Shown: in pieces, positions 37,165-51,006 of the stretch
Layout: every line of letters starts with the position of its first letter
How positions within the stretch are numbered: the stretch's first letter is position 1
Assembly (NCBI GenBank): GCA_024137785.1
Contig: JAHRHZ010000061.1
Coordinates: 16,392,207 to 16,456,206 of the forward strand
Origin: Ginglymostoma cirratum
Taxonomy: Eukaryota
Length of the DNA stretch: 64,000 nucleotides
Direction of reading: 5' to 3'
Position numbers and translations under genes: made by a program
The notes under the pieces: model-generated
Told to the model about the DNA's origin: nothing
Database searches by the model: none
The model's input: only the letters and a program-made list of their open reading frames with translations

Positions 37165-38350
37165 AGGCTTTGGTCTAGTGGTATTATTGCCAGGCTATTA
37201 ATCCAGAAACTCAGCTAATGTTCTCGGGACCCAGATTCAAACCCCACCATGGCAGATAGTGAAATTTGAATTCAATAAAAGAAACTGGAATTAAGGGGCT
37301 GATGATGACCATGAAGATGCTATCAATTGTCAGGAAAAACCCATCTGGTTCACTACTTCCCTTCAGGGAAGGAAGTTTGTCATCTTTACCTGGTCTGGCC
37401 TACACGTGACTCCAGACCCACAGCAACGTGGTTGACTCTTAACTACCCTTTGGGTAATTGACAGGATGCAGACCTGGGCAAAGAAGTGGCAGATGGACTT
37501 CAACCCGGAAAAGTGTGAAGTGATTCATTTTGGAAAGTCAAATTTGAATGCAGAACACGGGGTTATTGGCAGGATTCTCTGCAGTGTGGAGGAACAGAGG
37601 GATCTTGGGGTCCATGTCCATAGACCCCTCAATGTTGCTACCCAAGTTGATAGGGTTGTAAAGATGGTGTGTTGGCTTTCATTGGCGGGGGAATTGAGTT
37701 TAAGAGCCATGAGGTTATGCTGCACGTCTATAAAACTCTGGTTAGACCACACTTGGAATTTTATGTTCAGTTCTGGTCACCTCATTATAGGAAGGATGTG
37801 GAAGCTTTAGAGAGGGTGCAGAGGAGATTTACCAGTGTGCTGCCTGGACTGGAGGGCAGGTCTTATGAGGAAAGGTTGAGGGAGCTAGGGCTTTTCTCAT
37901 TGGAGCGAAGAAGGATGAGAGGTGACTTGATAGAGGTGTACAAGATGATGAGAGGCATAGATAGAATGGATAGCCAGAGACTTTTTCCCAGGGCGAAAAT
38001 GACTGTTAAGAGGGGGCATAATTTTAAGGTGATTGGAAGAAGACATAGGGGAGATGTCAGAGGGAGGTTCTTTACACATAGCGTGGTGTGTGCATGGAAT
38101 TGCCGCCAGCGATGGTAGTGGATTCAGATATATTAGGGACACTTAAGCAACTCTTGGATAGGCACATGAATGATAGTAAAATAGAGGGTACACAGGGTAG
38201 TTTGATTTTAGAGTAGGATAATAGGCCGGCACAACTTCGTGGGCTGAAGGTCCTGTACTGTGCTGTACTGTTCTATGTTCTAATTAGGGATGACCAATAA
38301 GTGCTGGCCTAGCCAGAAATGCCCACATCCCTCAAGTGAATAATAAAAAA
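37165..38350 (+). mobile_element. Second tRNA-derived SINE family (37165-37459 plus tail 38282-38350), split by a CR1 (37458-38282)
   Basis: Head ggtctagtggtattattg...gattcaaaccccacc; tail tagggatg..aataa.tgctggcctagccag..gcccacatccc. Other copies at about 15815-17890 (-, split by the Gypsy), 35435-35720 (-), 50440-50815, 52920-53030, 59995-60560 (-) and 61255-61620 (-). Confidence 0.75.
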
Positions 38351-39839
38351 AAGACTTCCCTGTTTATCTGATGGCCCAAAAATAATGGGAGGCAATGTTT
38401 TAAGATTTTGGGAACAAGATCACAGAATTACAGATTCACAGAATTGTGTTGGCTCAGAAGGAGGCCATTTGGCCCATCATGCTGGAGCGTCAGATACTGA
38501 GGGGCGACCTTGTAGAAGCTTATAAAGTCATGAGGGGCATGGGTAGGGTAAATAGCCAAGGTCTTTTCTCTGGGGTAGCAGAGTCCAAAACTAGAGGGTA
38601 TAGATTTAAGGTGAGAGGGCAAAGATTTCAACAGGACCTAAAGGGCAATTTTTTTCACCAGAGGATGGTGCGCTTATGGAACGAGCTGCCAGAAGAAGTG
38701 GTGGAGGCTGGTCCAATTCCAACATTTAAAAGGCATCTGGATGGGTACATGAATAGGGAGGGAATTCAGAGGGATATAGGCCAAAAGTCAGCAAATGGGA
38801 CTCAGATTAAGTTAGGATATCTGGTTGGCATGGATGTGTTGGATTAAAGGGTCTGCTTCCATGCTGCACATCTCTATGACTCTATGATTCTAAGCCTACA
38901 CTGGTTCTAAGACATAGCTTCAACTTCTGCCTTTTCCCTGTATCCCTTTACACTATTTTTGCCCAACATGGCACCAGGAGATGGCGACATTATACACAAT
39001 TCTCTGTACCTAGATACAAGTGACAATATTAAATAAATCTAAATCGAAATAATCATCTACTGCCCTCTTGAATGCTTCAATCAAACCTGCCTCCACCACA
39101 GTTCCAGGCAGTGTATTCCATGCCTAACTACTCACTGTGTGGAAACATTTTTTCTCACATCACTCTTGTTTCATTTGCATTTTCACTTTAAACATCACAA
39201 AGATTGAGGGTGAGGAAGAACTTTCTTTTGCCTGAAGAGTGGTAATGACTGGGACATTCCTTCCTACATGGATGCCAGAGCTGGGGACAATAAGGGATTT
39301 CATAAGAAAATTGGTTTGGCTCTTGAGGGAAATGAACTTGCAAGGTTGTATAGATAAAATGGGGGCATGGGACTGTCTGGGATTGTTCTACAGATTGCTG
39401 ACATGGACTTGTTGGGTGAAATGGCACTTTTCAGTCCCCTTTATGACTCTTTGGCACTTAATTTGGAGTGGCACAGTGGCTCAGTGGTTAGCACTGCTGC
39501 CTCGCAACCTTAGGGGCCTGGGTTCAATTCCAGCCTTGGGCAACTGTCTGTGTGGACTTTGCACATTCTCCTTGTGTCTGTGTGGGTTTCCTCCCACTGT
39601 CCAAAGATGGTGGATTGGCCATGCTAACTTGCCTGTAGTGTCCAAGGATGTGCAGATTAAGTAGATTAGCCATGGGAAATACATGCGTGGGATGCTCTTT
39701 GGAGAGTCAGTGTGGACTTGTTGGGCCGAATGGCCTGTTTCCATACTGTAGAGGTTCTCCTCTATAATGTACACTGTTGGTGTGCCATGGAGAATGGGCA
39801 GATTTACATTTGAAAGCCCCCCCCCCCGTTCTCTTCCTT

Positions 39840-39960
39840 CTGGGTACAGCAGTGCAGCAAACTGGGAGTTGCCACTGATGTCACCTCTTGGCAGCTGGAA
39901 GGAGCCCTTTGCAGGAAAGTTCAGGGCCATGGTGACATTGTTAGCCACAGTCAGTGCTGC
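39840..39960 (-). mobile_element. PIF/Harbinger transposase N-terminal fragment
   Basis: NVTMALNFPAKGSFQLPRGDISGNSQFAA matches the recalled motif KVTxALNFFAxGSFQxxxGDxxGISQ. Confidence 0.65.
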
Positions 39961-42300
39961 CCAAACCTTTGTTTGTGGATTCCAGTGATAGTTGCCAGAA
40001 GTGATGCAGCTCAGTGATAGATCTGCCTTGGTGTTCGCAGGTTCCAGCCATTAAAAAATGAGAAGAGCACAATGCTGGATTGCTAGAGCACTGAAACAAA
40101 ACAGACTATAACTGGGTACACTCGGCACATAGAGAGACAGGGAAAGGTAGGAATAGTAATTAAAAAAAAAGGGAACCTCGATGGCAGAGGGGAGGGCAGG
40201 AGACAGGATGACACAAGGGATTATTTTGCAAGACAAAAGGGGGTGTTATGGATGATATAAGTAAGGGAGCCAATGATGTGTCTAGAGGAGGCGTTAATAG
40301 GATTTACTGAATCATTAACCAACACTTATCATTCAATAAGACATTACAGTCTGAGGTGGTTGACGTCATCTTCCAAAATTGTAAAACAGTGGTAAAAAGA
40401 AGAGCAGGGCCAACTAGATATCTAAAAGGGGATTTTGCAGGGTTTTAAACTAATTTGTTTAGTCGGGGGGGTGATATGGAGTGGAGGTACTGTAGGGGTT
40501 ATATACAGACAAATACAGAAGTAAAACCAAGTTAATCTGGAAAGCGAGCAGGAAAACTGACTTTTCGGGTCTAGATGAAGGGTCTACACCCGAAACATCA
40601 GCTTTCCTGCTCCTCTTGGCACAGCTGCTTGGCCTGCTGTGTTCATCCAGCTCTACACCTTGTTATCTCAGATTCTCCAGCATCGGCAGTTCCTACTCTC
40701 TCTTAATCTGGAAGGCAGTGTGTATATAGTCAAGTAAAGACACATGGGAGCATGGTAAGGTTAGGTGCATTTATTAGCATGCGTGGAGTCTTGCAAGTGA
40801 GGCAAGTATGTTGAAGGTGCTGATTAACATATGAAGATACAAAACATTGCTATCACAGAGACATGGTTGAGGGAGGGTCAGGACCAGCAGGTCAATTTTC
40901 TGGGTGAGACAAGGAAGGCTGCAAAAGAGGAGATAGTGTCGCAAGTGTCAGTATTAGATGGCTCCACTTTCAGCCACTGTATATATTAATGACTTTGGTG
41001 TATAGGGCGCGTATAACTTGGACCTGGTGACTTATCAACTTTAAGTTCAGCCAACTGTCTTAATAGCTCCAGCTTACCAATTTTTAGCCCATCTAGTATC
41101 TCAACTACTTCTTTTTTCACAATGGCTTTGGTCATGTTTGCTCCCTTGCTGAAGGCAGATTAAAGGATTGATTTAATATCTTGGTTATGCCCTCTGTTTC
41201 CATATGGAAGGCAGTCTTTTGGTCCCTAATTGGTCACATCGATTTCTGACACTTTTATTATTGATGTGTCTATTGAGTCTATAAGTTCAATGGTGTAATC
41301 TGTATGGAATTTATGTAGAATTAAATAACACAGCTACAGGATCGTTGCTGCCACGTTGGTGACATACTGTCTACTGAATGAGTTTGTTACAAGTTGACTG
41401 AAGCATGAGGGAGAACATTTTCAATAATTCTATTGAACTCTATTCATACTACAATATTCAAGGCTTTGCTTCATCTATTAGATATATACAAAGGAAATCA
41501 ATCTAATATCAGAGTTATATTGAGTTCTGAAGAAGAATTATATTGGACTCAAAACAATGACTTTCTCTTCCTCTAATACATACTGCCTGACTCCTGAGTT
41601 TCTCCAACACACTCTGTTTTTATTTCAGATTTCCAGCGCCCTTGCTTTGATCCACTATGCCTCTGGTGTTCTTCTTCGATGTGTTAAGTGTGTGTATGCT
41701 GTTAACCATGTTGGATTCCTATGTGCCTGATTTATATATTAAAATGGCACAGCCTGATCAATCTTCCTTCCTTGTCTCTGTCCAGTTTTGAATGCAGTGG
41801 AACTTTCTGGTGTGTAGTGTTCAATACTTGTTCTCCACTCATTTGTCTTGTTAAATTAACAATTGGCCCTACATGAGTAGGACAGTCTAGTTCTCTTTCA
41901 TTTCCTTATCTGCAGATGTGGTCAAGCAAGGAGTTGTTAGATCTTTCAGATTTGGTGACCAGAAATTTAATATGAGAAAAGGAGAAATTTCTTCACTCAA
42001 AAGGATGGGAATCTTTGAAGTTATACCTCCCCAGAGAGTAGTGAAGTCTCCAACATTGAATTCATTGAAGGCTGGGATGCAGATTTTTGTTATTCAAGAA
42101 ATCAAAGGACATGATGATTGGAGGAAAAGTGGAGTCGATGCACAAGATGATTGCATTGAATGGTCTAGGCTCAATAGCTCATATGGTTTGCTCTGGCACC
42201 TATTTCTTGTGTTCTTGTATTATTATTACGTTCTTTTTACAGTTATCTGGAATATTCTCTTTTCAGTCCACGACTTTTGAGACGATACTGCTGGTACATC

Positions 42301-42346
42301 ATGGGAACTGTTGGAACAATCATAACATTATTTAGCATATTTTTGG
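42301..42346 (+). CDS. IGSF5: IGSF5-like coding exon 1 (signal peptide); exon probably starts at 42267
   Basis: Acceptor ttctcttttcag ends at 42266. ATG at 42301 reads MGTVGTIITLFSIFL, followed by a phase-1 donor G|gtaagt at 42347 that joins the next exon in frame as ...FLGVCLPTKIEDGP. Confidence 0.8.
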
Positions 42347-43299
42347 GTAAGTAAACTATACAGTAATGAGCATTTTCCAATAGCGTGTAATAACAGTGAA
42401 AACCTGCTCTCTTGTCATAGTTGCAAGGTCATAAGCAACTTTCGCGTGCCCCTCCCAACTGGTCCTTCTACAGGATTGGCTCCAGGTAGTGAATGTCAAC
42501 AAATAAAAACCGAAAGAACTGCAGATGCTGTAAATCAGGAACAGAAGCAGAAGTTACTGAAAAAGCTCAACAGGTTTGGCAGCATCTGTGAAGAAAAATC
42601 TGAGTTAACATTCCAGGTCCAGTGATCCTTCCTCAGAACTGATGGTAGCTGGGAAAATGCAGCTTATATGCAGAAAATAGTGTGGGAGGAGGGAGTAAGG
42701 AGTAAACGGGGAAAAACGTAGATATTCTGTGAATCTTTGTCCATACAAGTCGTCATCTGCAAACCATCAGCTTCACCACATTGTTGTGCCTGCCCTCAGG
42801 CTCATCACTTTATTTTGTTTATTGAATTTATTTCAGGGCTCAGGGAGGCTTCTGACTTATTTCTGCCAGATTGCTTTACATGCAGAGACAGACACACATC
42901 TCACTAACAGGATGCTTTTGCACTGACATCAACACATGCTCCTTTGTTCCACTTACATCGCACTTATTTGGAGACTGCCAACCTTTGCCTGTCTCACATT
43001 GCTTTCTGAGGGCAGGCTGGTATCGGCACTGAATTATGAGCTGCCTGTCTTTATGTGGGTCACGCCTCTACAGGGGGACGGTATTAGGCCAACAGGGGAT
43101 CGTCAGGATATGATTTGCACTCTATTTTGCACACATCTTAAAGCAGTTTACTAGTGTTTTGTGCTCTGTTATCAACACTATTTGGCACTGAACAGACTTA
43201 AAATTTGTGTCAGTGATGTTAGCACTTGTTGTGTTGCTAAATGATCAAACAATGGGAAATTTAGTGAAGTAATCCATCACAAGAAATGGATTGAACATT

Positions 43300-43950
43300 G
43301 TATGGATGTAAAGGCATCTTCCTCTGCTGAATTTGATAGACTTTACAAGTCATTGAATATCCTGACTTATCCCTAGCCCCCATACAGATTCATGTGTATT
43401 CAATACCCATGGATCTCTTGCGTAACATGCTTATGATATCTTGGCACAATGCTTTGGTATTAGGATTAGTTTGTCCTTGAAAATGTATACCAAGTTCATC
43501 CCTGCATAGTCAAAATTAACAAGTGTCCTCAGGAACTTTTCCAGTATTGTCAGGCCATCCCTGCATAATGACTCTTAAAACTCTTACAAAGCTGAGCTTT
43601 GTGTATTGGCACAGCAGCCTGATTCTGCCAATGCATGGAATTGGTGACTCACTGTGACACAATCACTTGCGGGTTGTACCATGAAATGTCACTTGATGAG
43701 GTACATGTCTTTCAGGATGTGTCGTGGTGATATGTTAACACTAGCTCCCATGTTGATTTTGAATGTGTGATGGCCTGCGTTCTGGGGACGTATGATATTA
43801 ATGGTTGTAAATAGTTTCTGATTACCTTGTACCATCAACATGGTGTGTGAGGTTAATAATATAGAAAGCTTGATCATCTCCAGAAATTTACCTTTCATAT
43901 GGTTGACCCTGAATATCATGAAAATGTATGCTTTTGTACACCATCTTAAC
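43300..43950 (-). mobile_element. Degenerate Gypsy gag-pol (protease) remnant
   Basis: ORF 43689-43952 (-) contains FKINMGASVNI, a decayed FKIDTGASVN aspartyl-protease motif. Confidence 0.55.
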
Positions 43951-44229
43951 ATCTGCCTTGCTCCCAGCGCTGTGGTATTATCTTATTTTGTCAGTCACCT
44001 GTGTTTTGTCCTGGGTTCTGGTTTGGCCTTTGCAACTAATACTTGGTGCCATGTGCTTCATGGATATTAATAAAAGCTGGAAGGTTTTGGGTGTGTGTGA
44101 TAAATCACGTCAATTACAAATTTTGTTGAGTTATTGGACTTTGCTGTCTGTAGTAATAGGATTGGCCGCACCTAGAGCATGTACTCAAGCCTGACACTAT
44201 GGCTTCCTATTCGTGTCCATCCTCAAGTA

Positions 44230-45040
44230 GTGAGTCAAGTAATGGGCTGACAAGTGGCAAGTGACATTTGCACCACACAAAAGCCAGGCTATGGCCATCA
44301 CCAATAAAAGAAAATCTAACCACTGTCCCTTGACATTCAATGGTGTTACCATCACTGAATCCCCCACTATCAACATCCTGGGGGGTTACCGTTGACCAGA
44401 AACTCAACTGGACTCACCACATTAACACAGTGGCTACAAGAGCAGGCCAGAAGCTAGGAATACTGTGGCGAGTAACTCACCTCCTGACTCCTCAAAGCTT
44501 GTCCGCCATCTACAAGGCACAAGTCAGGAGTGTGAGGGAATACTCCCCACTTGCCTGGATGACTGCAGCCCCAACAACACTCAAGAAGCTTGACACCATC
44601 CAGGACAAAGCAGCCCGTTTGATTGGCACTACATCTACCAGCATCCACTCCCTCCCCTACCGACGCTCAATAGCAGCAGTGTATACTATCTACAAGATGC
44701 ACTGCGGAAATTCATGAAAGATCCTCAGACAGCACCTTCCAAACCCACAACCACTTCCATCTAGTAGGACAAGGGCAGCAGATATATGGGAACACCACCA
44801 CCTTCACGTTCCCCTCCAAGTCACACACCATCCTGACTTGGAAGTATATTGCTGCTCCTTCGCTGTCCCTGGGTCAAAATCCTGGAATTCCCTCCCTAAT
44901 AGCATTGTGGGTCAACCCACAGCAGGAGGACTGCAGCGGTTCAAGAAGGCAGCTCACCACCACCTTCTCAAGGGCAACTAGGGATGGGCAAGAAATGCTG
45001 GCCAGCCAGTGACGCCCACATCCCACAAATGAATAAAAAA
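44230..45040 (+). mobile_element. Second non-LTR LINE family (CR1/L2 group), 3' end
   Basis: GVTVDQKLNWTHHI...IYKAQVRSVREYSPLAW...LDTIQDKAARLI, with an A-rich end. Fragments also at about 1785-1935 (-), 56805-57130 (-), 61640-62245 (+) and 62400-62940 (-). Confidence 0.85.
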
Positions 45041-46204
45041 AGTTTGGTCTTTCTCCTAGCCCATAAGATCCTTCCTACTGGATTTAATTGGGGCAGCAAT
45101 GCTGATGAATTCAATGAGCTTTTCTGACAGTTCCTCACATCCCATACTATCACAATGATCATATCATGAGGATGTCCTTTACTGACATACTGACTGTGAG
45201 ACAACACACACAAAGGCTTGTACACCAGAAGACCACACCGGGGCGGGGGGTGGGGGGGGGGGAAAGTGCTTCTGTCTTGCACACCAGGTGACACCCCATG
45301 AAGAGCAGGCAATAGCCCAGTTGCATAAATAATGAGGTGAAGAGCAGAAAACTTTTTTTAGGCCAAAGTAGGACCAGGTGCCGTGAAACTCACTCACAAA
45401 CTTTATGTGCAAAAGGGAAAACTCCATTCCTGAGGTCCAACTGACTCCCTTTCATCATATGTCAACACTTTCACAGAGATGCTAAGCTGCAAAGATTTCA
45501 TGGTACTGCCTCCAGATGCATTCAAGCAGACTTCAGATGCAGAGCCACCTAAAATAATTAGCAGGCGCTAGATGTATGGCTATTAGTAGTAGGAATGCTC
45601 TATTAAACAGAAATCCATTGTGGGATTACCAATGAACAGGACATCCACATCCCACCACCCACCCCTCTCCCTGAGTACTGAGTTACTCACAATAGTTTTC
45701 TCATTAACCTTTCACCTCTAACCACTCCTCTCTCGCCTCTTACCTGTCTAGATCGCTGGGATGACAGATTATAAGTATTGGCTGTAAGGGTGCAGCGTGA
45801 AATAAACTTTGATCACCTCAATGTAATACCTAGAGATTATAGATTTATGATATCAGACTGTTCTTACCTGATGGCGTTGCAGACCTAAGGATAGAGGAAG
45901 AGTATGATTCTTAACCCACAAAAATTGATGGGTTTCATTCAAGCGATGTAGGCATTGAAGTCTTGAAAATTAGTTTCTTGACTTCACTGCGCCCCATGAA
46001 AATTGTCCACAGCCGTATTTCTAATCCACTGTGAGACAGTTTTGTTTTAAAAACAACTTTCTCAGTGACCCTAGACCATGCTGCACCACATGGGAGGCAC
46101 ACAGCAGACTCCTGATTAGGCTCACATCCCACTTATAGTCTTTATCATTCTGAATCCAGGTGTTGCAAATTCATGAGTCGAGCATTAATGTCAAGACTGG
46201 GGGC

Positions 46205-46480
46205 CCTCTTGTGGTGCAGTGATAATATTCCTACTCCTGGGTCAGGAGACCTGGGTTCAAATCCTACCTGCTCCAGAAATATGTAAAACATCTCTGAACA
46301 AGTTGATTAGGAAAAACAAGGTGATATAAAAAAAAATTAATGTCAGGGCTAGGGCTTGTGTAGTACAGTGGTAGTGTCCCTACCTCTGAGACAGAAAGCC
46401 AGGGCTCAAGTCCTACCTACTCCAGAGATGTATAATAAAATTATTGGGCTGTTTGATACAAAATATATATTTTAAAAATA
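46205..46480 (+). mobile_element. Two tandem short tRNA-derived SINE-like units
   Basis: Both read gtg.agtg.ta.t.t.cctac...ggg.tcaa.tcctacct.ctccaga. Related units lie at about 7148-7250, 4115-4205 and 5700-5760. Confidence 0.6.
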
Positions 46481-46601
46481 CTAATGTATAGCACTTGAAA
46501 GCAAAGAGGCTTCATGTTGCTAATTGCTCTTTTCTTGAAGGCAGAGTTTGTTGCTGTGCTGTAGGCTATTTTTATCTAATGTAAACCTATTTCCCTTTTA
46601 G

Positions 46602-46916
46602 GGGTGTGTTTGCCTACTAAAATCGAAGATGGTCCAAAAGATGCCTACGTTTTGGTTAACTCTGATGCTGCATTCAACTGCACAGTGTCCTTACCTTGGA
46701 CTATTATTATCTGGATAATGAATCAGACACCTGTCCTTACTGTAACACCAGAACGACCAATAATCACGAACCCTCAGTTTGGACAGCGCAATTACACGAC
46801 TTCACAAACATTTACTTCAGAACTTATCATCTCAGCAGTGACATTGAAAAACAACGCAACCGTGGAGTGCAGTCTCCAGACTGATGGGAGTCAACAGGCA
46901 AATTTGTTTGTGCAAG
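46602..46916 (+). CDS. IGSF5: IGSF5-like exon, Ig domain 1
   Basis: Acceptor ttcccttttag and donor G|gtcagt, phase 1-1. KIEDGPKDAYVLVNSDAAFNCTVS..WTIIIW...PIITNPQF...FTSELII...ECSLQ resembles recalled human IGSF5 (IIEGPQNVTVL..ARFNCTVS...PIITNDRF...FTSEMII...RCSLQ). Confidence 0.93.
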
Positions 46917-47220
46917 GTCAGTACAATGCTGCCATTAAAACTGAGGATCTTCTGTTATGTGGAGAGAAAAGGGAAGCTGGGATTGTTCTCCATAGAGCAG
47001 AGAAGGTTGAAAGGAGATTTGATGGACACATTCAAGATGGTGGATGGTCATTGAGGCAACAAATCAAATATGATTGACAAAATGCTAATTACATGATTTA
47101 CTTTTGACACACTGTTTGTTGTTGTGATTTGAAACCCAGCAAGAATAGGGGGGTGAGTCGATTAATATTAACTGCTGAAAGAGAATGGATATAGACTTGA
47201 AAAGCAAACTTTGTGCAGGG

Positions 47221-47499
47221 ATAGCAGGAACTGCAGATGCTGCAGAATCTGAGATAACAAGGTGTAGAGCTGGATGAACACAGAAGGCCAAGCAGCATCA
47301 GAGGAGCAGGAAAGCTGACGTTTTGGGCCTAGACCCTTCTTCAGAAAAGAGAATGAGCAGGCTCGTTCAACGACTGGTTCCTTTTTGAATTGGTCAGCCT
47401 CACCCCCAGTGCTCCCTAGTTAAAAGGGAGGTTAAAAAGGAACTAGTCGTTGAACGAGCCTGCTCATTCTCTTTTCTGAAGGGTCTAGGCCCGAAATGT
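47221..47499. mobile_element. Composite PLE family A mini-insertion carrying captured local DNA
   Basis: TSD caaac(t/a)ttgtgcaggg at 47205-47220 and 47500-47515. Contains a minus-strand pLTR, a reverse copy of 48331-48404, a forward partial copy of the same DNA and a hammerhead fragment. Confidence 0.88.
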
Positions 47500-50400
47500 C
47501 AAACATTGTGCAGGGTTTGGGGGCAAGGCTGTATCCTCTATTTTAATGGTTAGCTCTTTTCAGGAATTGCATAGGTATGATGGGCTGAATGGCCTCCTTC
47601 ACTGCTCGCGGATTGTGAGATTATCACTTCATGCTATTCTTTTATTATGTGGTTCGAGACATACTGGTTGAGGAGAAAGCAAAGTTAAGAACCGACTTCA
47701 GGCTCAGACTTCAAAGTAACCCAGTTCTTAAACATTAATATGAAATACTATTGTACATAGTAAACATAGATATTCCAGGCTCTGACTTAGACCTGCATTG
47801 AGTAAAGACTAATCTATCATCCTTGCGCATTCACGTCCATACTCTTGTATGAGTCATCCAGAAAGTTCTAGAATGTGCTATTTGCACTCAGTGAAGTTGC
47901 AACTCTGTGATATCATTCAAAGGTTGCTCCAGAGTCTTGAAGCACTTACGCAAAAGTTACATTGTGCCATCATCGCTAAAATAATTTTGTTACTGTTGCT
48001 TTTCACACGGTCACAGAACTTGCCTTTTTACTCCTCCTTCTTTGCCTGCCCTTGAACCTGTTGAAAACCTGATAACATCTCTCTTTTGAGGGGAACAAGA
48101 TGAGGGATGTTAGTCCAAGAAGTTAAAGGGAAACAATCATGCAATCACTTAACACTTTCCCCCTCACTCGTGGCCATCTCAGAGAATGGCTGGCTAATCT
48201 GATTGGCTCTGTAGGCCTGGCCACTGCTGGGAATACAGCAATCCTGCAATCCTATGTGCTGGACCTTGAGGCAAGAAGGGAGAGAGACCCGGCAAAGTGG
48301 TTGGGATTTATAATGCCAGGGCCAGTGTTAAGGGAGCACTGGGAGTGAGGCTGACCAATTTAAAAAGGAACCAGTCATTGAATGAGCCTGCTCATTCTCT
48401 TTTCACAGATGCTAGCAGACCTGCCGAATATTGCTGGCATTTTCTGCTTTTATTTAATAATTTCAAAGACAACTTTGGTCCTTTTTACTTTATCGTCCTC
48501 TGCCCACTCTTACTTTAGCCGGGAACTTAAGTTACACCAAATAAAGGAGCTGTTGGATGGAAACCGAGGATGGTTGTGTCCAAAAGGATCAAGGGGAGGA
48601 TGGAACATTAGAACTGGGTTCAGGTTCATATGTCTGGCCCCGTTTTGACATGGCCATCACAGAGCTCACATGTGATTCTGTGTCTCATGTGTAGGTTTCT
48701 TGATTTCTCTCTCTGAATGGGTAGCACTTCCAACAGAGGTCACATGACAGTGGCAAATCACAAGTGTGCAGTGTCCTTACGGATGCATTTCCCAATAATT
48801 TCTTTCAGTTGATAGCAACACTTTTCCATCGAATAAGATCAAAGTGATAGACATAGAGTTATACAGCATAGAAACAAACTCTTCAGCCCCTAATGTCTAA
48901 GCCGACCAAAATGCACCAAACGACATCGATCACATTTATCTGCACTTGGTCCATAGCTGACTATGCCCTGGCATTTTAATTACTCGTCCAGATGCAGCTT
49001 GAATGTTGTGAGAGCACCTGCCTCCACTACCCTCTCAGGCAGCATGTTTTGTATTTCTACCACCCTCGGGTGAAAAATATTTTCCCAGATCCCCTCTAAA
49101 TTATTTGCTTCTCACCTTAAACTTATGCCCTCTGGTGTTAGATATGTCTGCCAAAGGGAAGAGGTTCTCATGATCAACTCTGTCAATGCCACCCATAACA
49201 TTATATACTTCAATAAGATTCCGCCCTCAGCCTCCTCTGCTGTAGGGAAAACAAACCTAGCCTATCCTGTCTCTCTCATAGCTGAGACTTTTGAACATCC
49301 TGGTGAATCTCCTCTGACCCTCTCTAATGCAATCACATCCTTCTGATAGTGTGGCGACCAGAACTGCACATCGTATTCCATCTGTGGTCGAACCAATGTT
49401 TTATAAAGTTGTAACAAGACTTCCTTGCACTTGTATTCTATGACCTGTCTAATGAAGTCTTCAAGGTGTGGAGCAAATGAAAAGTCTGGGAATTGGGACA
49501 GAGGAGTCTGAAGATTACCTGAACCATCAAACAAAATGCACCACTCTAGCTGTCATACTCTACAATGACAGAAGTAAAGGGAGCCTCCTTTCCTGTTTGA
49601 TTCTCGTCTTTTATAGTCTTTTATATAGCTTTTATGATATAGTCCTTCACACGTTTCAGGTGCATGCGGAACATTTCCACCCTGTTTAAGTCAATTTTGA
49701 ATAATTTCCCTTCCCACACCCTCAACCCCATTCTCAACCCCATTACCCAAGAGGGCACCTAATTCTATTTCACTGTGGAATTAACAACAGCATAATAAAA
49801 CAGCATATGACACTTCCCTAAAGGACATTAATGAACCAGTTTCATGGTCACCCGAGAATATCATCAATCAAAATTTAACATCAAGCCACATAAGGAAACA
49901 TCAGGACAAATTTGCCAAAGGTTTGGTTAAAGATATAAAGAGATATCAATTATAAGGATTTTTACTTTGTTTCATTCATCTGAGAAGATGTTTATTTGGT
50001 ATCCTAACTTGACATTTTTTAAATACTCCTGTTTTAAAAGAATAACCTTTTGTCCTGTGAGCTATTGACATTTTCTGTCAACAGCAAATCTCCATTGACC
50101 CTGTTACTTCACTGCACTGCAGCAATGCCATTGATAGAACAGAATAAATCAGCAACAGACCTAAATTAGGACAGACACTTGTCCTAATGTTTGATTATCA
50201 AGGGGTGAAGATGTTTGATTATCAAGGGGTGAAAGATTATTAGGGATATATAGGAATGTAAAATTAAGCTTAAAATTAGGTCATCTCATGACCTTATTCA
50301 ATAGCTTGAAGGTCTGTGTGGCCTACTCTTGTTTCTTGTTGGGTGTTTGTTTGTCACTCCTATTTGGGAAGACCTGTTTTCAGAGCAGTTTGAGCAGTGC

Positions 50401-51006
50401 ACTCTCAGCATGTTAGTTCAAAGTAAAATCTTGTAGGGATTATGCTAATGGACTAATTGCCCAGTAGCCATCCAGACAATATGATCCCATAAGTCACCAT
50501 GGCAAGTTAATAACTTGACAGAAAGTCAGGAGGCAAAATTCTGATATCAACGAAAGTGACCACAAAGCTGCTGAATTGTTCTAACAACACAGCTGGTTCA
50601 GTAAAGGCCTTTAGGGAATGACATCTTGTCTGGCCCTTTATGTGACTCGAGTCCGACATCTGTGTGGTTAACGCTTAACTAACATCCGAAATGATAACAT
50701 TTAGATGTCAGTTGTATCCAAAGATCATCAGTGTTTTAAATTCAAAACCTGCCACTTTTTAGTTAAGAATCACTAATAAACGCTAGCTTTATGAGTGATA
50801 GCCATATCCCGTGAAGAAGAAGTGGAAAATACACTGCTCTATGTGTAAGGAGGGAATGGAAAAAGTTTCAATAGCAAGGGAATTATATTGAAAGATAAGT
50901 AAAGCACTTAAGCTGATTTGGGAATATAAATTCTAGATTGTTTAGAAAAATTTATGTTTGGTTAAACTCTGTATAAAACTAAACCTCCTCTGTTATCATG
51001 CCACAG

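Noticed and set aside
50187-50233. 24-bp tandem duplication
   Set aside because: It is a simple two-unit slippage duplication in decayed repeat DNA with no sign of function.
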